Assembly (NCBI RefSeq): GCF_038025025.1
Contig: NW_027117339.1
Location: forward strand, 2,232,001 to 2,296,000
DNA: 64,000 nucleotides
Origin: Phyllosticta citribraziliensis
Lineage: Eukaryota
Direction of reading: 5' to 3'
Shown: in pieces, positions 12,424-24,500 of the stretch
Layout: the number at the start of each line of letters is the position of its first letter
Position numbering within the stretch: position 1 is the first letter of the stretch
The notes under the pieces: generated by a model
The model's input: the letters and a program-made list of their open reading frames with translations, nothing else
Told to the model about the DNA's origin: nothing
Databases searched by the model: none
Translations under genes and position numbers: made by a program

Positions 12424-15421
12424 ATGTCGTCGTTCTTTGGCAAGTTCAGGGCCAATTCTGTGAGCGCCGCCCTCTGCTTCTGCCTCGCCCCTCTTGGCTC
12501 ATCGTGCCCAACAGCAGACGCCCGCAAGCCCGTCGTCGGCCGCGTCGCCGGCCAAAAAGGACCCCAATGCGCCGCAACCGACCCCGCTCGAGAGGCTGCT
12601 CGCCGCCGACACTGGTCCTATACGCCCCGACGGCAGCGACAAGTTCTTTGGCTTTGAAAACGTAGGCCAATGCTTCCCCAGATTGTCGTCATGTTGCGCG
12701 CTCGCTAACCTGCAACCCCCGTGTCTAGTTTGGAAGCACATGGTATGATCGACGCCTGCACAGTCCTCCACCCACCTCTCCTGCTTACTCTGATCCTACA
12801 GCTACGCCAATTCCATCATACAATGTCTCTACTACTCGGTGCCCTTTCGGGAACAGGTCATCAACTTTCCCGTCCGCTCGCCGCAAGACACCCTGATGAA
12901 CCGCGCCACCAATGGCCTCCCCCGCGTCAACACCGATCTACCCTCTTCTTCCGCCGCAAAGGCGCCTTTTTCTCCAACTCTCAGACCCTCGACCGCCACT
13001 CCGGTATCATCGCCAAAGAAGCCAGGAGGGCCCGGGCAGCCGACTGCCGCCCCCGGGGCGAAGCCTGAAGAAAACAAGGACTCGCCCGAATACAAGAAGA
13101 AGATGGCCATGGCTGCCGGACCCGTGTTGGCCATGGACTACGAGAATTCGAAATCTTACGGAATGACCGAGTCACTCTTTACGTGCCTAAAAGACATATT
13201 CGAAGCCATAATATCCCACAGGTCTCGCGTCGGCGTTGTCAGCCCCCACAAATTTCTAGAGATTCTCCGGAGAGACAACGAAATGTTTCGGACCGCCATG
13301 CACCAAGACGCCCACGAATTCTTGAATCTGCTGCTCAACGAAGTCGTCGAAAACGTAGAACAATATTCAAAAGAGCAACGGCAAATAGTGGAGCTGGAGA
13401 CTGCAGGAAAGGCCACGGCCGAATCAGATTCTGGCCTTGCTGTTGCCATATCTCCAGTGCTGGGCAACGCCATCAAGAATGCGGCGCAAAACACTGGATG
13501 GGTTCATTCGCTATTTGAGGGCACCCTCACTTCAGAGACGAGGTGCTTGACTTGCGAAAACACGTCGCAAAGAGACGAGGCCTTCCTTGATCTTTCCGTG
13601 GATCTAGAGCACAACACTTCCGTCACTTCCTGCCTCCGCAAATTCTCAGAGGAAGAGATGCTGTGCGAGCGCAACAAATTTCACTGCGACAACTGCAGCG
13701 GCTTGCAAGAAGCGGAAAAGAGAATGAAGGTCAAGAGGCTGCCGCGCATATTAGCTCTGCACTTGAAGAGATTCAAGTACACCGAGGACCTCCAGCGACT
13801 CCAAAAGCTGTTCCACCGAGTACCTTATCCGTACCACCTTCGGCTATTCAACACCACCGACGACGCTGAAGACCCCGATCGCCTGTACGAGCTCTACGCC
13901 GTAGTCGTACACATTGGCGGAGGAGCCTATCACGGTCACTACGTGTCCATAATCAAAACCGAAGACCGCGGCTGGCTGCTGTTTGATGATGAAATGGTGG
14001 AACCGGTAGACAAGGGATACGTGCGCAATTTTTTCGGCGGAGAAAATAATCTCGCCTGCGCTTACGTGCTCTTTTACCAAGAAACGACCGAAGAGGCAGC
14101 TCTACATGAACAGGAATCCGAAGGTTTCGACGCTGCTTCGGCGCCAGTAGAGACAAAATCAGAACCCGTATCCTTGAGCCAAAAAGCAGAAGAAGTGTCT
14201 CCCAACGGCCACATCTACAGTCCAGTCAGTCCAATCGAAGATGATAAAGACATTTTCACGAGTATCGATCCTACCACTACGGCACCGCCACTTACTTCCG
14301 AGTCACCACCGGTCCGACCAAAGTCACAACCACCGCCAGAGCCTCCTTCGTCTTCGTCCGGATTCCCTTTGCGCACGAAATGGGGCGACGTATCATTCAG
14401 AAGCAAGACCGACAAGGACAAAAAAGAGGACAAGAAGGAAGAAAAGCAGCGCCGAATGTCAAAGCAGTCTGAGGGCAAGGACTTGGAAAAGCAAGTCAAA
14501 GCAGAGCAAAAGGAACAGGAGAGACTTGCCAAGGCGGAGCAAAAGGAGATGGAGAAGCAGCAGAAGGCAGAACAAAAAGAGCTTGAGAGGCAGCAAAAGG
14601 CGCAGCAAAAGGAGCAAGAGAAACAAGCCAAAGCCAGGCGCAAAGAGATGGAAGCAAGCAGAAGAGACACGTTCAAGCAACAGGAGGACGAGTTCCGTGC
14701 CGCCGTTGCAGCGAGCAAGGCTACGGCCAAGGAAGAGTCGGGAACGCGCAAAAGCAACAGCTTTCTTCGAAGAGGCAGCAAGGCGCCGCCTGCCGAGGTC
14801 AATGTGCCAAACAATATCCCCGTCAATGGTGCAGGCGTCGTTGGCCCTCCTGCGAGTACAAGCAGTGGCCCGCCTGCAAGTACTGGAAGCAGTGACGACA
14901 CGCCCATCCCACCAAATACGGCGTCGACCTCGACGACAATACCTAGCACCGGCACAGGCAATGCAGTCCCCTCGGCCACGACGGCATCGACCAAGGAGAA
15001 TGGCCATTCTCACCATATACGCAGCAGTAAATCCATCTCTGGCGGCCTCAACAGGTTCAGGCATTCAAGTATCAGCTTGCGCAACAAACCTAAGTTCTGG
15101 CCAACAAGCAACAACACCGAAGTCCCAGCGGCATCGCCACCTCCACTTCCGTCCTCACTGCCATCGGCTCCATCACCCGCACGACAACACTTGGCATCGA
15201 TGGACGAAGCACCTCTGAGTCCGACTACCGTGGGGCCCGCCCCTCAGCCCTTTGGTCCTGGTGTTGGCCTGACTTTTGGCGAGAACAGGGCTTCGACAGA
15301 GCCACTCCACCAGGAGCTTTCTTCGAAGAGCGCGCAAAGCTCTGGCAAGGACCACTCCAAGGACAACCGGTCCATGTTTAGCATTGGCCGCAAGAAGTCA
15401 TCGATGCTTGGCCTTGGTTGA
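12424..15421 (+). CDS. creB: Ubiquitin C-terminal hydrolase (USP/C19), CreB type; exons 12424-12459, 12515/12518-12661, 12729-12742, 12802-15421
   Basis: Spliced Cys box [27 protein letters not shown], His box [17 protein letters not shown]-terminal [13 protein letters not shown] typical of the CreB/USP12-46 group. Confidence 0.9.
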
Positions 15422-17700
15422 GTCTTTCCGAGGTCGCGTCTCGGAGAATGCCGACTTTTCTATTTGGAACGCTTTTTTGCTTCTAATTTCTGTTTGGGTG
15501 GATAGAACTACCAAGGGCAGTCGACCAAGGATGCGCTTTGGGGCTCAATGGCATAATCGCCGGTGCCTCCTCCTTGACTGAAAGGGCTCGCGCAGCTGCC
15601 GCGCTGGAGCTGTTTATCCGCCAAAGATTTGTTGTACTTTTGCTCAATTCTTGGTTTTGGAGTGCTGGAGATTTTGGATAGCAGCGTGGCCAGTCCAGCA
15701 AAGGCCACGGCGGGAGAGCCTTTTGGTCAAGAGGGGAATCTGGGAACGTCAATCGAGCATAGGCATGCCAACCAGGGTCGTATCGTCTTGGATTGTGGCA
15801 GAACAAGAAACAGAAAGGCAGATGCTCGGTTGTCAGAACTGCCAACCCAACCATAACAGCGGCACGCCATCAGACGTATGTTGAGCGATCGGACTCGGGA
15901 TCGCAGTCACAGACGACGGACTGAGATAAGGGAGCTGGCGAGAAGCCCGCGCGCATCACTGCAAGACCAACATCGCCAACCGCATGAACAAAGACGGCAT
16001 CGGGCTTCTTCTCTCACCTTCAAATACCCTTCGTCCCCTTCCTTCTCCTCATCTCCTTCTCTGCGCTTGGGACTTGGCTTAATTCCCCCTTTTCACTTTA
16101 TAACCTCCATCCACACACTCATCCATCCATCCACAAAGATAGCTCTGCGCCTGCGTCGGTGTCTCTGTCCATTTGCCGCGGCATGGCGTGACAAGGCACA
16201 GGCCGCGCGGTTTGGGTCGCTGTGTGTTATTACGAGATACACAGTGACGGGGCAACGCGCTGGAGAGGACGGATGAGTGGTGCAGATGATGTCGGACGAG
16301 ATGCGCCGTCGCTTTAGTTGATCAATCAATCAATCAATCTCGATAACCAATCTGCCAAATCTCTATGGATTTCAAACCGTCGTCGTCGACTGCAGTCACA
16401 CGCATCCAGCCATTGAACCAAGTGGCGCAGCTCCATGCGCAACAGTAAGAGCACAAAGTCATCCTCCCGTCGTCTGGTTCGCTGCACCTCGTCCTCTCCT
16501 CATTCCTCCAGTACATTAAGTACATGCAGTCAACGCCCCGCCTTCCCCTCGCTTTTACCCGACGGCTCCACCAAAAACCCCTGGATTAGATAGCGGCGGA
16601 CCGCCCTCATCGTGACCGAGCCCCGCCTCCAACTCCAAAAACAGTCTCCAAGTCCTCGCCAGGGAATGCCAATGCGGTGGAGAGTCTCGTGCCGTTGTGG
16701 GCGTTGTGTGCTGCGCTCTCGCGATGGCGCTGATAGTGGGCTCAGCTGTCGATGGCCGAATGGATGGTACGTTGGCATCGAGCTGGCGAGCGTGGTACGA
16801 GAGGGAAGTGTCCGCCGGTGAAGAGACGCGGGAAAGGAAGCGGTGAAAGAGGACTTGACCCTGTCCAAGCCATAGAGACGTGACGCCGTCCTTTGCAACG
16901 TGGTTGGAGACAGTTTGGGACCGGGAAGCGTTAGTCGACACAGTCGACCGAGTCGTTAGGCCGGTGCTCCCAGGACCGAACAACCTGACGAAGAAGAAGA
17001 GCGCGACGCGCAGGCGAGGCAAGAGGCACTCCTTGGAAATTGACGCACTTGAGGCGCGGCTTATGGTTGAAGCCCATGAGCAGCTGGCCCAATGTAATGG
17101 CGATTGCTTTCGTGTCCGAGGAAAGGAAGAAAGTCGTCACTGCTGCTCAAGATGAGGCCGGCCGGCCCTGCTGAGTGGTTGTCTGGCCTTCTTCGTTTTC
17201 CTTCAATCCCGAAGACTGACACCCATGTTCAGCACCAACTTGCAGATCCCTTTGATTTGGGGTTGCGAGTCTTGCTGGACCGGCGCGAAGCTCTCCTCGT
17301 TGACTTTGTTGGTGGTCGTTTCAAGAAGTCTTCGAGAAGCGTCTTGTCAACGCAGGGGCGTTTGGTCGACGCTCCAGACTGAGGCTGGGATATATAGAAT
17401 GGTAGATGTCAAAGCAAATTTCAGAGTAGCAGAGTGGGAGGAAAATGTGACGCTTATAAAGCTAGAGCAGCCGTTGTGTGATCAAATTGACATGCGCGTA
17501 CGGTGTAGAAATAACTGCTACAAACAGTACTTGATTGTGCTGGCTTACGGAAAGTTTGCTCGAAGTGATTTATTTGTTGGCTACTTCCTCGATTGTGTGG
17601 ACAAGCACATTTCTCGCCCTGATTTCGTGATGTCCCCCTCGTTTATCCCATTCGGACCCAGCAAAACATCTGAAGCATCGTCCGACAAGTAACCTCTATC

Positions 17701-18342
17701 TCACTTGCCCTCGGCCTTAGCCTGTTTGAGCACCTTCATGATTTCCGTATTCGACCAGTCGACCTTCGAGCGCCTATCTGCGAGAATTTCTTGAAGCTTC
17801 TCCATAAGCTCAGTCTGAAGGGCATCATGATCGACTGAGCTCGGATTCAGATGCATCAGCCTGTCGTAGCGAATGGCGTAGTAGTTGGCCCATTCATCAA
17901 CCCGTTTCATCATCTCGGTCTTCAATACCTCGCGCAGCAGCTGGTCGACCTTCCGGGCCTGGCAGTTTTGTTAGAATGAGTATTCAGAGGCTCAACGGCT
18001 GACGTACTGTGAGCTCATCCGTTCCCATCGATTCCAGAAGCTGCATCTGGACACAAAGTCAGCAGAAGCATTTGGCGGGGTCTAAAATTGACTTACGAGG
18101 CCCGAGTCTTTCAGCACAGGAAGTGCATTGATAACTTCGGCGATGCAATGCTTAACACCCTGCTTGAAACCCTGCTTGAAAGCCCCTCTCTTCATCTCGT
18201 TCTGGAGCAGCGAAAGTCAGCAAGCGGAGAGATGCTTCAAGTCAGGAATCGTCAATCGTACGAGCTTGTCAGACGACAGAACTGGGCCGAAGGCACCATC
18301 CGCAGGCTTGGGCATGTTGTTGGAATGCTCCTCGGGCGCCAT
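17701..18342 (-). CDS. Hypothetical 160-aa protein, 4 exons (18342-18262, 18201-18097, 18046-18008, 17958-17701)
   Basis: Three phase-0 introns (donors GTACGA/GTAAGT/GTACGT; branches GCTGAC/GCTGAC/CTAAC; CAG acceptors) join into one stop-free frame. Confidence 0.7.
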
Positions 18343-19966
18343 GTTGACACTTCGGTGGAAGCAAGCGAGAGGGTGGTCGGTCCCGTCGGTCTGCCAACAC
18401 ACGGTAGGTTTGTCCCGGGAGCAGTCCTTTGCTGCGGCAGTGCGTTTTGGGAGTTGTCGTCTACATGCATCTGGTTTTTGTTTTTGCATCCAACAAGTGC
18501 TGCCATGTTTCGACTCGACTCGTCTTGATCAGAGCAGCGCAGATGCCTTGTGTCCCTCCGAACCTGTGCTTAGACGCCGTTTCTCGGCCACATGGACATG
18601 CCCTTCACGTTGAAGTGAGTCGACCGAAGTTGTCCATCTCCCGCCTCTTTCAATCGCCTTGACTACATGGCTACTTTGACAGACTCCCTCCTGAAGGCCA
18701 ACCCGATAGAATGCTCAACAGCGGGCGGTTTGAGTGGCATGCTACCTATGCTGTAGGAGGACGTGGTCGTCGACCTTGATGTTGCCTCGCCTTTGCAACT
18801 TCCAACGCCTTCGTAGGACTGTATGGCTGAGTTTTGAAAATTTGATCACATGCACCAAGCTGAGTATCATGCTGATTCATCTCATTGGTAGATGCTTGCT
18901 TTGTCTCAGTTATACTTCGAGAACACTCCTCCAGCGCCGGCGGCGAAGGGAAAGATCTTTGGTACATCCTTCGGCCACATAGGGAGAGTGGGCAAACCCC
19001 AACATACCTAGGGCCTCAAACATCAGGCAGGATAGATAGGGTTACGCCTAGATATGGACATGGCTAACAAAAAGACGGTTTGCCATGCCAGATGTGGATA
19101 CGAAAAACCGAGCAATTGGATTGGACGGGCAGAAGACCTGGAAGCCGGGGCAAACTACGGATCTACCTCATCCCACGCGAGCATCAGCTGTGACTGGCTT
19201 TCAAAAAGAATTGGCTCGGAGAATAGAGAAAGGCTGATTGGCATGCATGTTCCGTCGACGAGCGGCCTCTGCTCAATTGCCCAGGCGAACCGACAGGGTC
19301 CACAAGGTTTGTACGACTCGGCGCTCAGCTGCGGCACGGGACGCTGCTCATGTCAAGCGGGTAGATGGGGTCTGGATGTTTCGAACTCGGTCCGGTTGTG
19401 CTCTACACAAAGCTTGAGGTCCTTCTGTGGCACAATGGTTGAAAATATCTTCGTCCTTCCAAGATGTCGAATAGAGTATTAAGCTTTTGGTAATGTGCTG
19501 CTCCACGGCCTGCGCATATCGCCACTTGAAGCCCGCGGCCATCGGGGATGAGATGGGCATGCGCGCAGTCCTGCTTGTGGTAAGTGATCAACAAGTCTTG
19601 GCCCGCCGTCTTCTTCCGCCGCCACGGCGTTGTGCTTTTTCTCCATTGGAGCTTCCCTGCCGCTCCGCAATCCTTGCTAAACAGCTCCCTTTTCCCGTCG
19701 CGAACCCTGTCGATTCCCCCGCCTGCGCATGTTGATCAAATGTTTACCGGTCGTCGTCGAAATCGTTCGCTCTGGCCGAGCTCGAATCATTTCCTCATCA
19801 GGCTAGCTCCGCCTGCCTGTTGAGTGGCCAATGGCTATGTCGAAACGTTGGAAGCCGCTGCAAAAAGCCAAACGCGGTCCCAAGAAGGCCGGGAGGCGTG
19901 CTCCGTTCCGATGGATGCCGCGGGGTTGAGTCGCGGGTCCCCGTCGGTGGTGTGCGTGCTGGGCGT

Positions 19967-20536
19967 TTATCCTAGGATAATTTCGTAGAGAATTATGAGG
20001 GTGTTGACAACGATCAGCGGGCCTGCGGCGTACGGAAAGATGTCCGTCAGCAACGTATTCGCCTAGCGATGGCGAAAGCATCCAAGAATTGCGGACAAAG
20101 TCCGCTCATCGTCGGGCAAGAGACACTCACCCCTCATCAATGTGCGCACCGAAGCGATGAGATGAATCATCTTGGCTTTGACGCTCGTCGTATCCTGAAC
20201 ACCGCCAAAGGCCGGCTCGGCCTGGAGACCCCAGCCGACTGCGAGGGCTCATGTCAGCAAACTCTTGGACAAAGTCAAATGCGGCTTTTTGGGCAAGTGT
20301 CGGGCGATGGCGAAATCTGGGGCGAGACGGGAGACAGGAGAGGGCCAGGGCAAGCCTGAAGAGGGAGGGTTTGGGCGCGGGCGAGGGGGCCTTACTGCGG
20401 GCGAGGAAGCGGTCTTCTGAAAGAACGGCAATGGCATTTGTGAGGAGTATAACGACTGGAGACGTCAGCGGGAGAAGGCGGGAGGAGCAGGTAGGAGGGT
20501 ACCGTAGAAGAGGCCACCGAGGCCGAAAAACAGCAT
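19967..20536 (-). CDS. YOS1: Yos1 ER-Golgi transport membrane protein (IER3IP1 family), 85 aa; exons 20536-20503, 20455-20396, 20238-20131, 20022-19967
   Basis: Spliced product MLFFGLGGLFYVVILLTNAIAVLSEDRFLARIGW...SVKAKMIHLIASVRTLMRGPLIVVNTLIILYEIILG*; all introns GT-AG with GCTGAC branch. Confidence 0.93.
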
Positions 20537-21553
20537 GGCGGCGGGGCAACGGCGTCGAGTCGGTCGAGGAAAGAGCTGATAGAGGGGCGCAAGGTCGTTG
20601 GAGATGGTGGGACAGAGAGGTGGGTGTCAGATGGAAGCTCACCTCAGGCGGTTGAGATGGATGCGACCTGAGAGGTGTCTGGAGCATTGACGGTGTTGTG
20701 GCCTCAGGTGTCTGTCGTGGATGTCTGGAAAATCAGGCAAAAATGACTTGTGCCTGAGGCTAACATGCAGCGAGTCTACAGGTACCTGTAGCGGCGACGG
20801 AGGCCAGGCCGGGCGAGCTGCAGAGGGTGCATTTTGCAGGAGGTTGTGACACACAGCCGAGACCAAACCAGGGCAGGGCTCGTTCCGTTGGGCCCGTTGC
20901 AAAGAGCCTTTTCTCTCTCGCTGTGTCGGATCTGTCTAAGGTGTCCTTCAATGGCACCCAGACCCAGGCGATCTCCGGCCGCCGCGACCCCAGCCCCATG
21001 CGGTGCGCACACGACTCGTGCACTGTAGATCGTCGCTCGCTCTCTCAGGTCGCCGCCAGGTCTTCCGTTTGCTTGGGACACAGACTCCCGCCGCCGTCGC
21101 ATTCGAGCAAACTCGCCCAACATGCATTCATGGGCGCGAGAAAGACATGTGCTGCGTCCATTGCTGAAAGCGGCGCGCCACCAGCATTCTTTTGCCATGT
21201 GTACCGACTGCCAGCGTGTGCCCAGCGACGTCATAGGCCCGGTCAAGTACGAGCAGACGGAGTCCATAGGTAATGTACCTAGTGACCTGGCTATGCTGCT
21301 GCTGCTGATCCTTTGCTGCCCTCACCTTCTCATTCCTACTGGCGCTAGCCTCTCTCTCGTGTCCGACTCGTTGTTCTAGACCCTCTGCCGTCTCCTCCTA
21401 GGCCCTGGTAGCGTCCTCCAAACTTTAGTCCGCCTGCCTCGTCCTCCGAGCCACCAGCCAACACCTCCCGCAACACCATCTGTCCCATCCAACTCTCCAT
21501 GTACCGCCCTGTACCCTCCACTCCTCCGCCGCCGCTCACGAGAGAGGCCTAAC

Positions 21554-24500
21554 ATGCGCAACTTCGCGCCGCAAATCGACCTCTCCTCCCCCCTCGCCGA
21601 CCCCAATCCCGCCCGCCATGCCGACTCCAACCGTCAAACTCCCGTCTCGGCCGTCTCCGCGAGCAGCGCCGGTGGTTACTTTGAGATGTTGCCCGACAAT
21701 CGTCCTGGCTCGCCGGGCTCTGTCCACAGCGACTCTCTTTCCATGACCATGTCTCCAACTCCGACCACCACCTCCATGGCCTTTGCCGCTCTGCAATATC
21801 TCCCGGTGCCCATGCTGGTGCTGTCTTCCACAAAGACTATAGTCTTGGCCAACGAAGCCATGGGAAGACTTTTAAACCTGGAAAAGTGCGTCTCGGACGT
21901 CCAAGATATCGACATTGTCCAAACAGTCACCGACACTTTGCGCGGGCGGTCCATGGCCGAAATTGGAGTCGACATGCTGCAAGACGGTTCCCCGATTTGG
22001 ATCAGCTGGGAGGTGCGCACAACCCCCAATTGCAACGGCTGCTCTTGACACTGTGCGACGCTAACATTTTCTAGGACTTCCTCGACTCGGTCTGGAAACA
22101 AGCCACTGAACCGTCACTTACCGAAGCCGACGATTCGGCAGATGAGTCTGGCGACGGGTCCTCCGACGACACGCCAACCGGAACGCCTGTGCCACCACTA
22201 CACGACGCGAAACCACAGTTGCCCAGGCTCAGCCGTTCTAATCTCGCCAGGACCACTGTGCACGACGTCTCCGTCGACGTCATAATCTCACTTTCCAGCG
22301 AGCCCGGCAAACACACGAGGTTGCAGCCCCACGACGGTAGAACCCGAGCACACCCCGAAGGCAGCGCCATTCAATCGACCATGATTATTAGCGTGTGGAA
22401 TATTGAAGGCACCCAGTACTTTACTTGCACGTTTACAAGCGCACACGCCGAAGGCGGCGCCACCAACGCCAAACCATCTAGCCGAACCGTAGTACGGACA
22501 TCTACCGGCTTCAAGAGGTCTCCCGGCTCCGGATCAAGTTCCTCGTCGTCGGGGCGGCGGTCTCACCATAGCTCCAGTGCAGGCTCTTCGCTCTTGTCTC
22601 CTACTACCTCAGCCCCTCAATTTCCGCCGCATGGACCGCCCTCAAGGACTGGGGATCCGAAGGCCCCTTCGTTATTCCAAAAGGCGACGCAGATGAAGGA
22701 TGCTATTTTGAATTCCATCACGATGCCAGCCTATGCCATGTGGAAGGACGAGAGTTTCGGCATTCCTAATCGGGCACTGCTTAGGTTCTTGCCGGCCGAG
22801 AGCGAATATACGCCGACCGACCAACGTGAGTTTCTCGGGCAATTTCATGTCTACACTGAGGACTTCAAGAGGGAACTGGCTGTCGACGAGTTTCCTATAA
22901 TCCAAATATGTCGTACGCGCACAAGTCTTGCCGGCATACGACTAGGCATGCGCTATCCAGATACAGGCCAAGGGGTAGTGTACGAAGTTGTTGGGGAGCC
23001 AGTCATCGACGACAAGAGTGGAGAATTTCTCGGGGCCATTGTCATCTTCAAGGACGTCACCGAGTATACAAAACGCATTGCAGCACAAATCAAAGAAAAT
23101 GAACGTCAATTTGAGCATGTTGCCAACTTGATACCCCCTCTAGTGTGGACCACAAAGCCGGACGGATCTCATGACTGGTTCTCTCGGCGATGGTACGACT
23201 ATACTGGTCAGACTGTGGAGGAATCTCTCGGCGAAGGTTGGAGATATACCTTTCACGAGGATGACATGCCTGAGACTTCTAAGCGGTGGGCTCATTCGCT
23301 TGCTACTGGCGTAAGTGTTGTTGTTCGAATAGCAAACCGCTGCGCAGCTACGGTTCTACCCCATCACTGCAAAGGCCTTGGAGATGGTTGGAGGACGAAG
23401 AAGTCCTTCCATCCGTCCATCATCTCCGACGACCTTCCTTATCCTGACATCCAAGAGTGCCGTGGCTTCCTGATGGCAGGGCGGTTTGCTGACAGATTAC
23501 AGGACGAATACATTACCGAGTACCGCTGTCGACGATATGATGGAAAATGGAGGTGGATGTTGGGCCGAGCAGTTCCCTTTCGCGACGAACATGGTAAAAT
23601 CGTCAAGTGGTTTGGCACTTGCACAGATATCCATGACGTGGTTGAGCTTCGAGAAGCGGCAAAACAAACGCGCGAGCAGCTTTTGCGAGTCATCGAGCAC
23701 GCCCGCGTCAGCATCTGGACAATCGATCGCGACACGAAAATCGGAATGCTTGAGGGCAGCATCTTCGCAGACGACGCGAACATCGACAAGGAGCCCGTTG
23801 GCAAGTCGGTGTACGACGTTTTCTGTAAACACAGGGGTGGACGGGATATGGGCAGCCTCAAGGACAAGATTGACACTGTCTTGAGCAGCAAGAGTAATGA
23901 CGAGGTCCTTGAGATGCGTATTGACGGGAGCAACCGATGGTATAGAACGCGGCTACTCCCGATGCTGGCCAGGACTCGAAAGGCCGGCATTGAGGGCACA
24001 GAAAACATTGTCGAGGGCGTCATAGGCGTGAGTATGGATATTACAGGTAAGATACCTTCTGATGGTCCTGCCGCTTCTTCTAACACACACCGCAGAGGCT
24101 CGCGCGCGAGAAAAGGAGCTCCGCGACCAAGAAAAGGAGAATTCCAAGCTCATCGCGAATGCCGTAGCAGCCAAGGAAGCCAGTCGCATGAAGAGTCAAT
24201 TTCTCGCCAACATGTCACACGAGATTCGAACACCAATAGCAGGCGTCATCGGCATGAGCGAACTGATACTGGATACGGACCTCGACCAAGAGCAACGGGA
24301 ATGTGCCGAAAATATCCAAAGATCTGCCAATGGGCTTCTTACCGTTATCAACGACATCCTTGATCTTTCCAAGGTGGAATCTGGCCGGCTAGATGTCGAA
24401 GAGGTGCAGTTTAGTCTCTCAATAGTCTTGCGAGACGTCAACAAGATGATGGCTTTTGCTGCTGTAAGGAAGAACATTAGCTACGACAGCCACATCCAGC

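Noticed and set aside
15500..17690. ORFs of 100-155 aa downstream of creB
   Set aside because: Could not be joined into a coherent gene; consistent with GC-rich random frames, though a decayed gene cannot be excluded.
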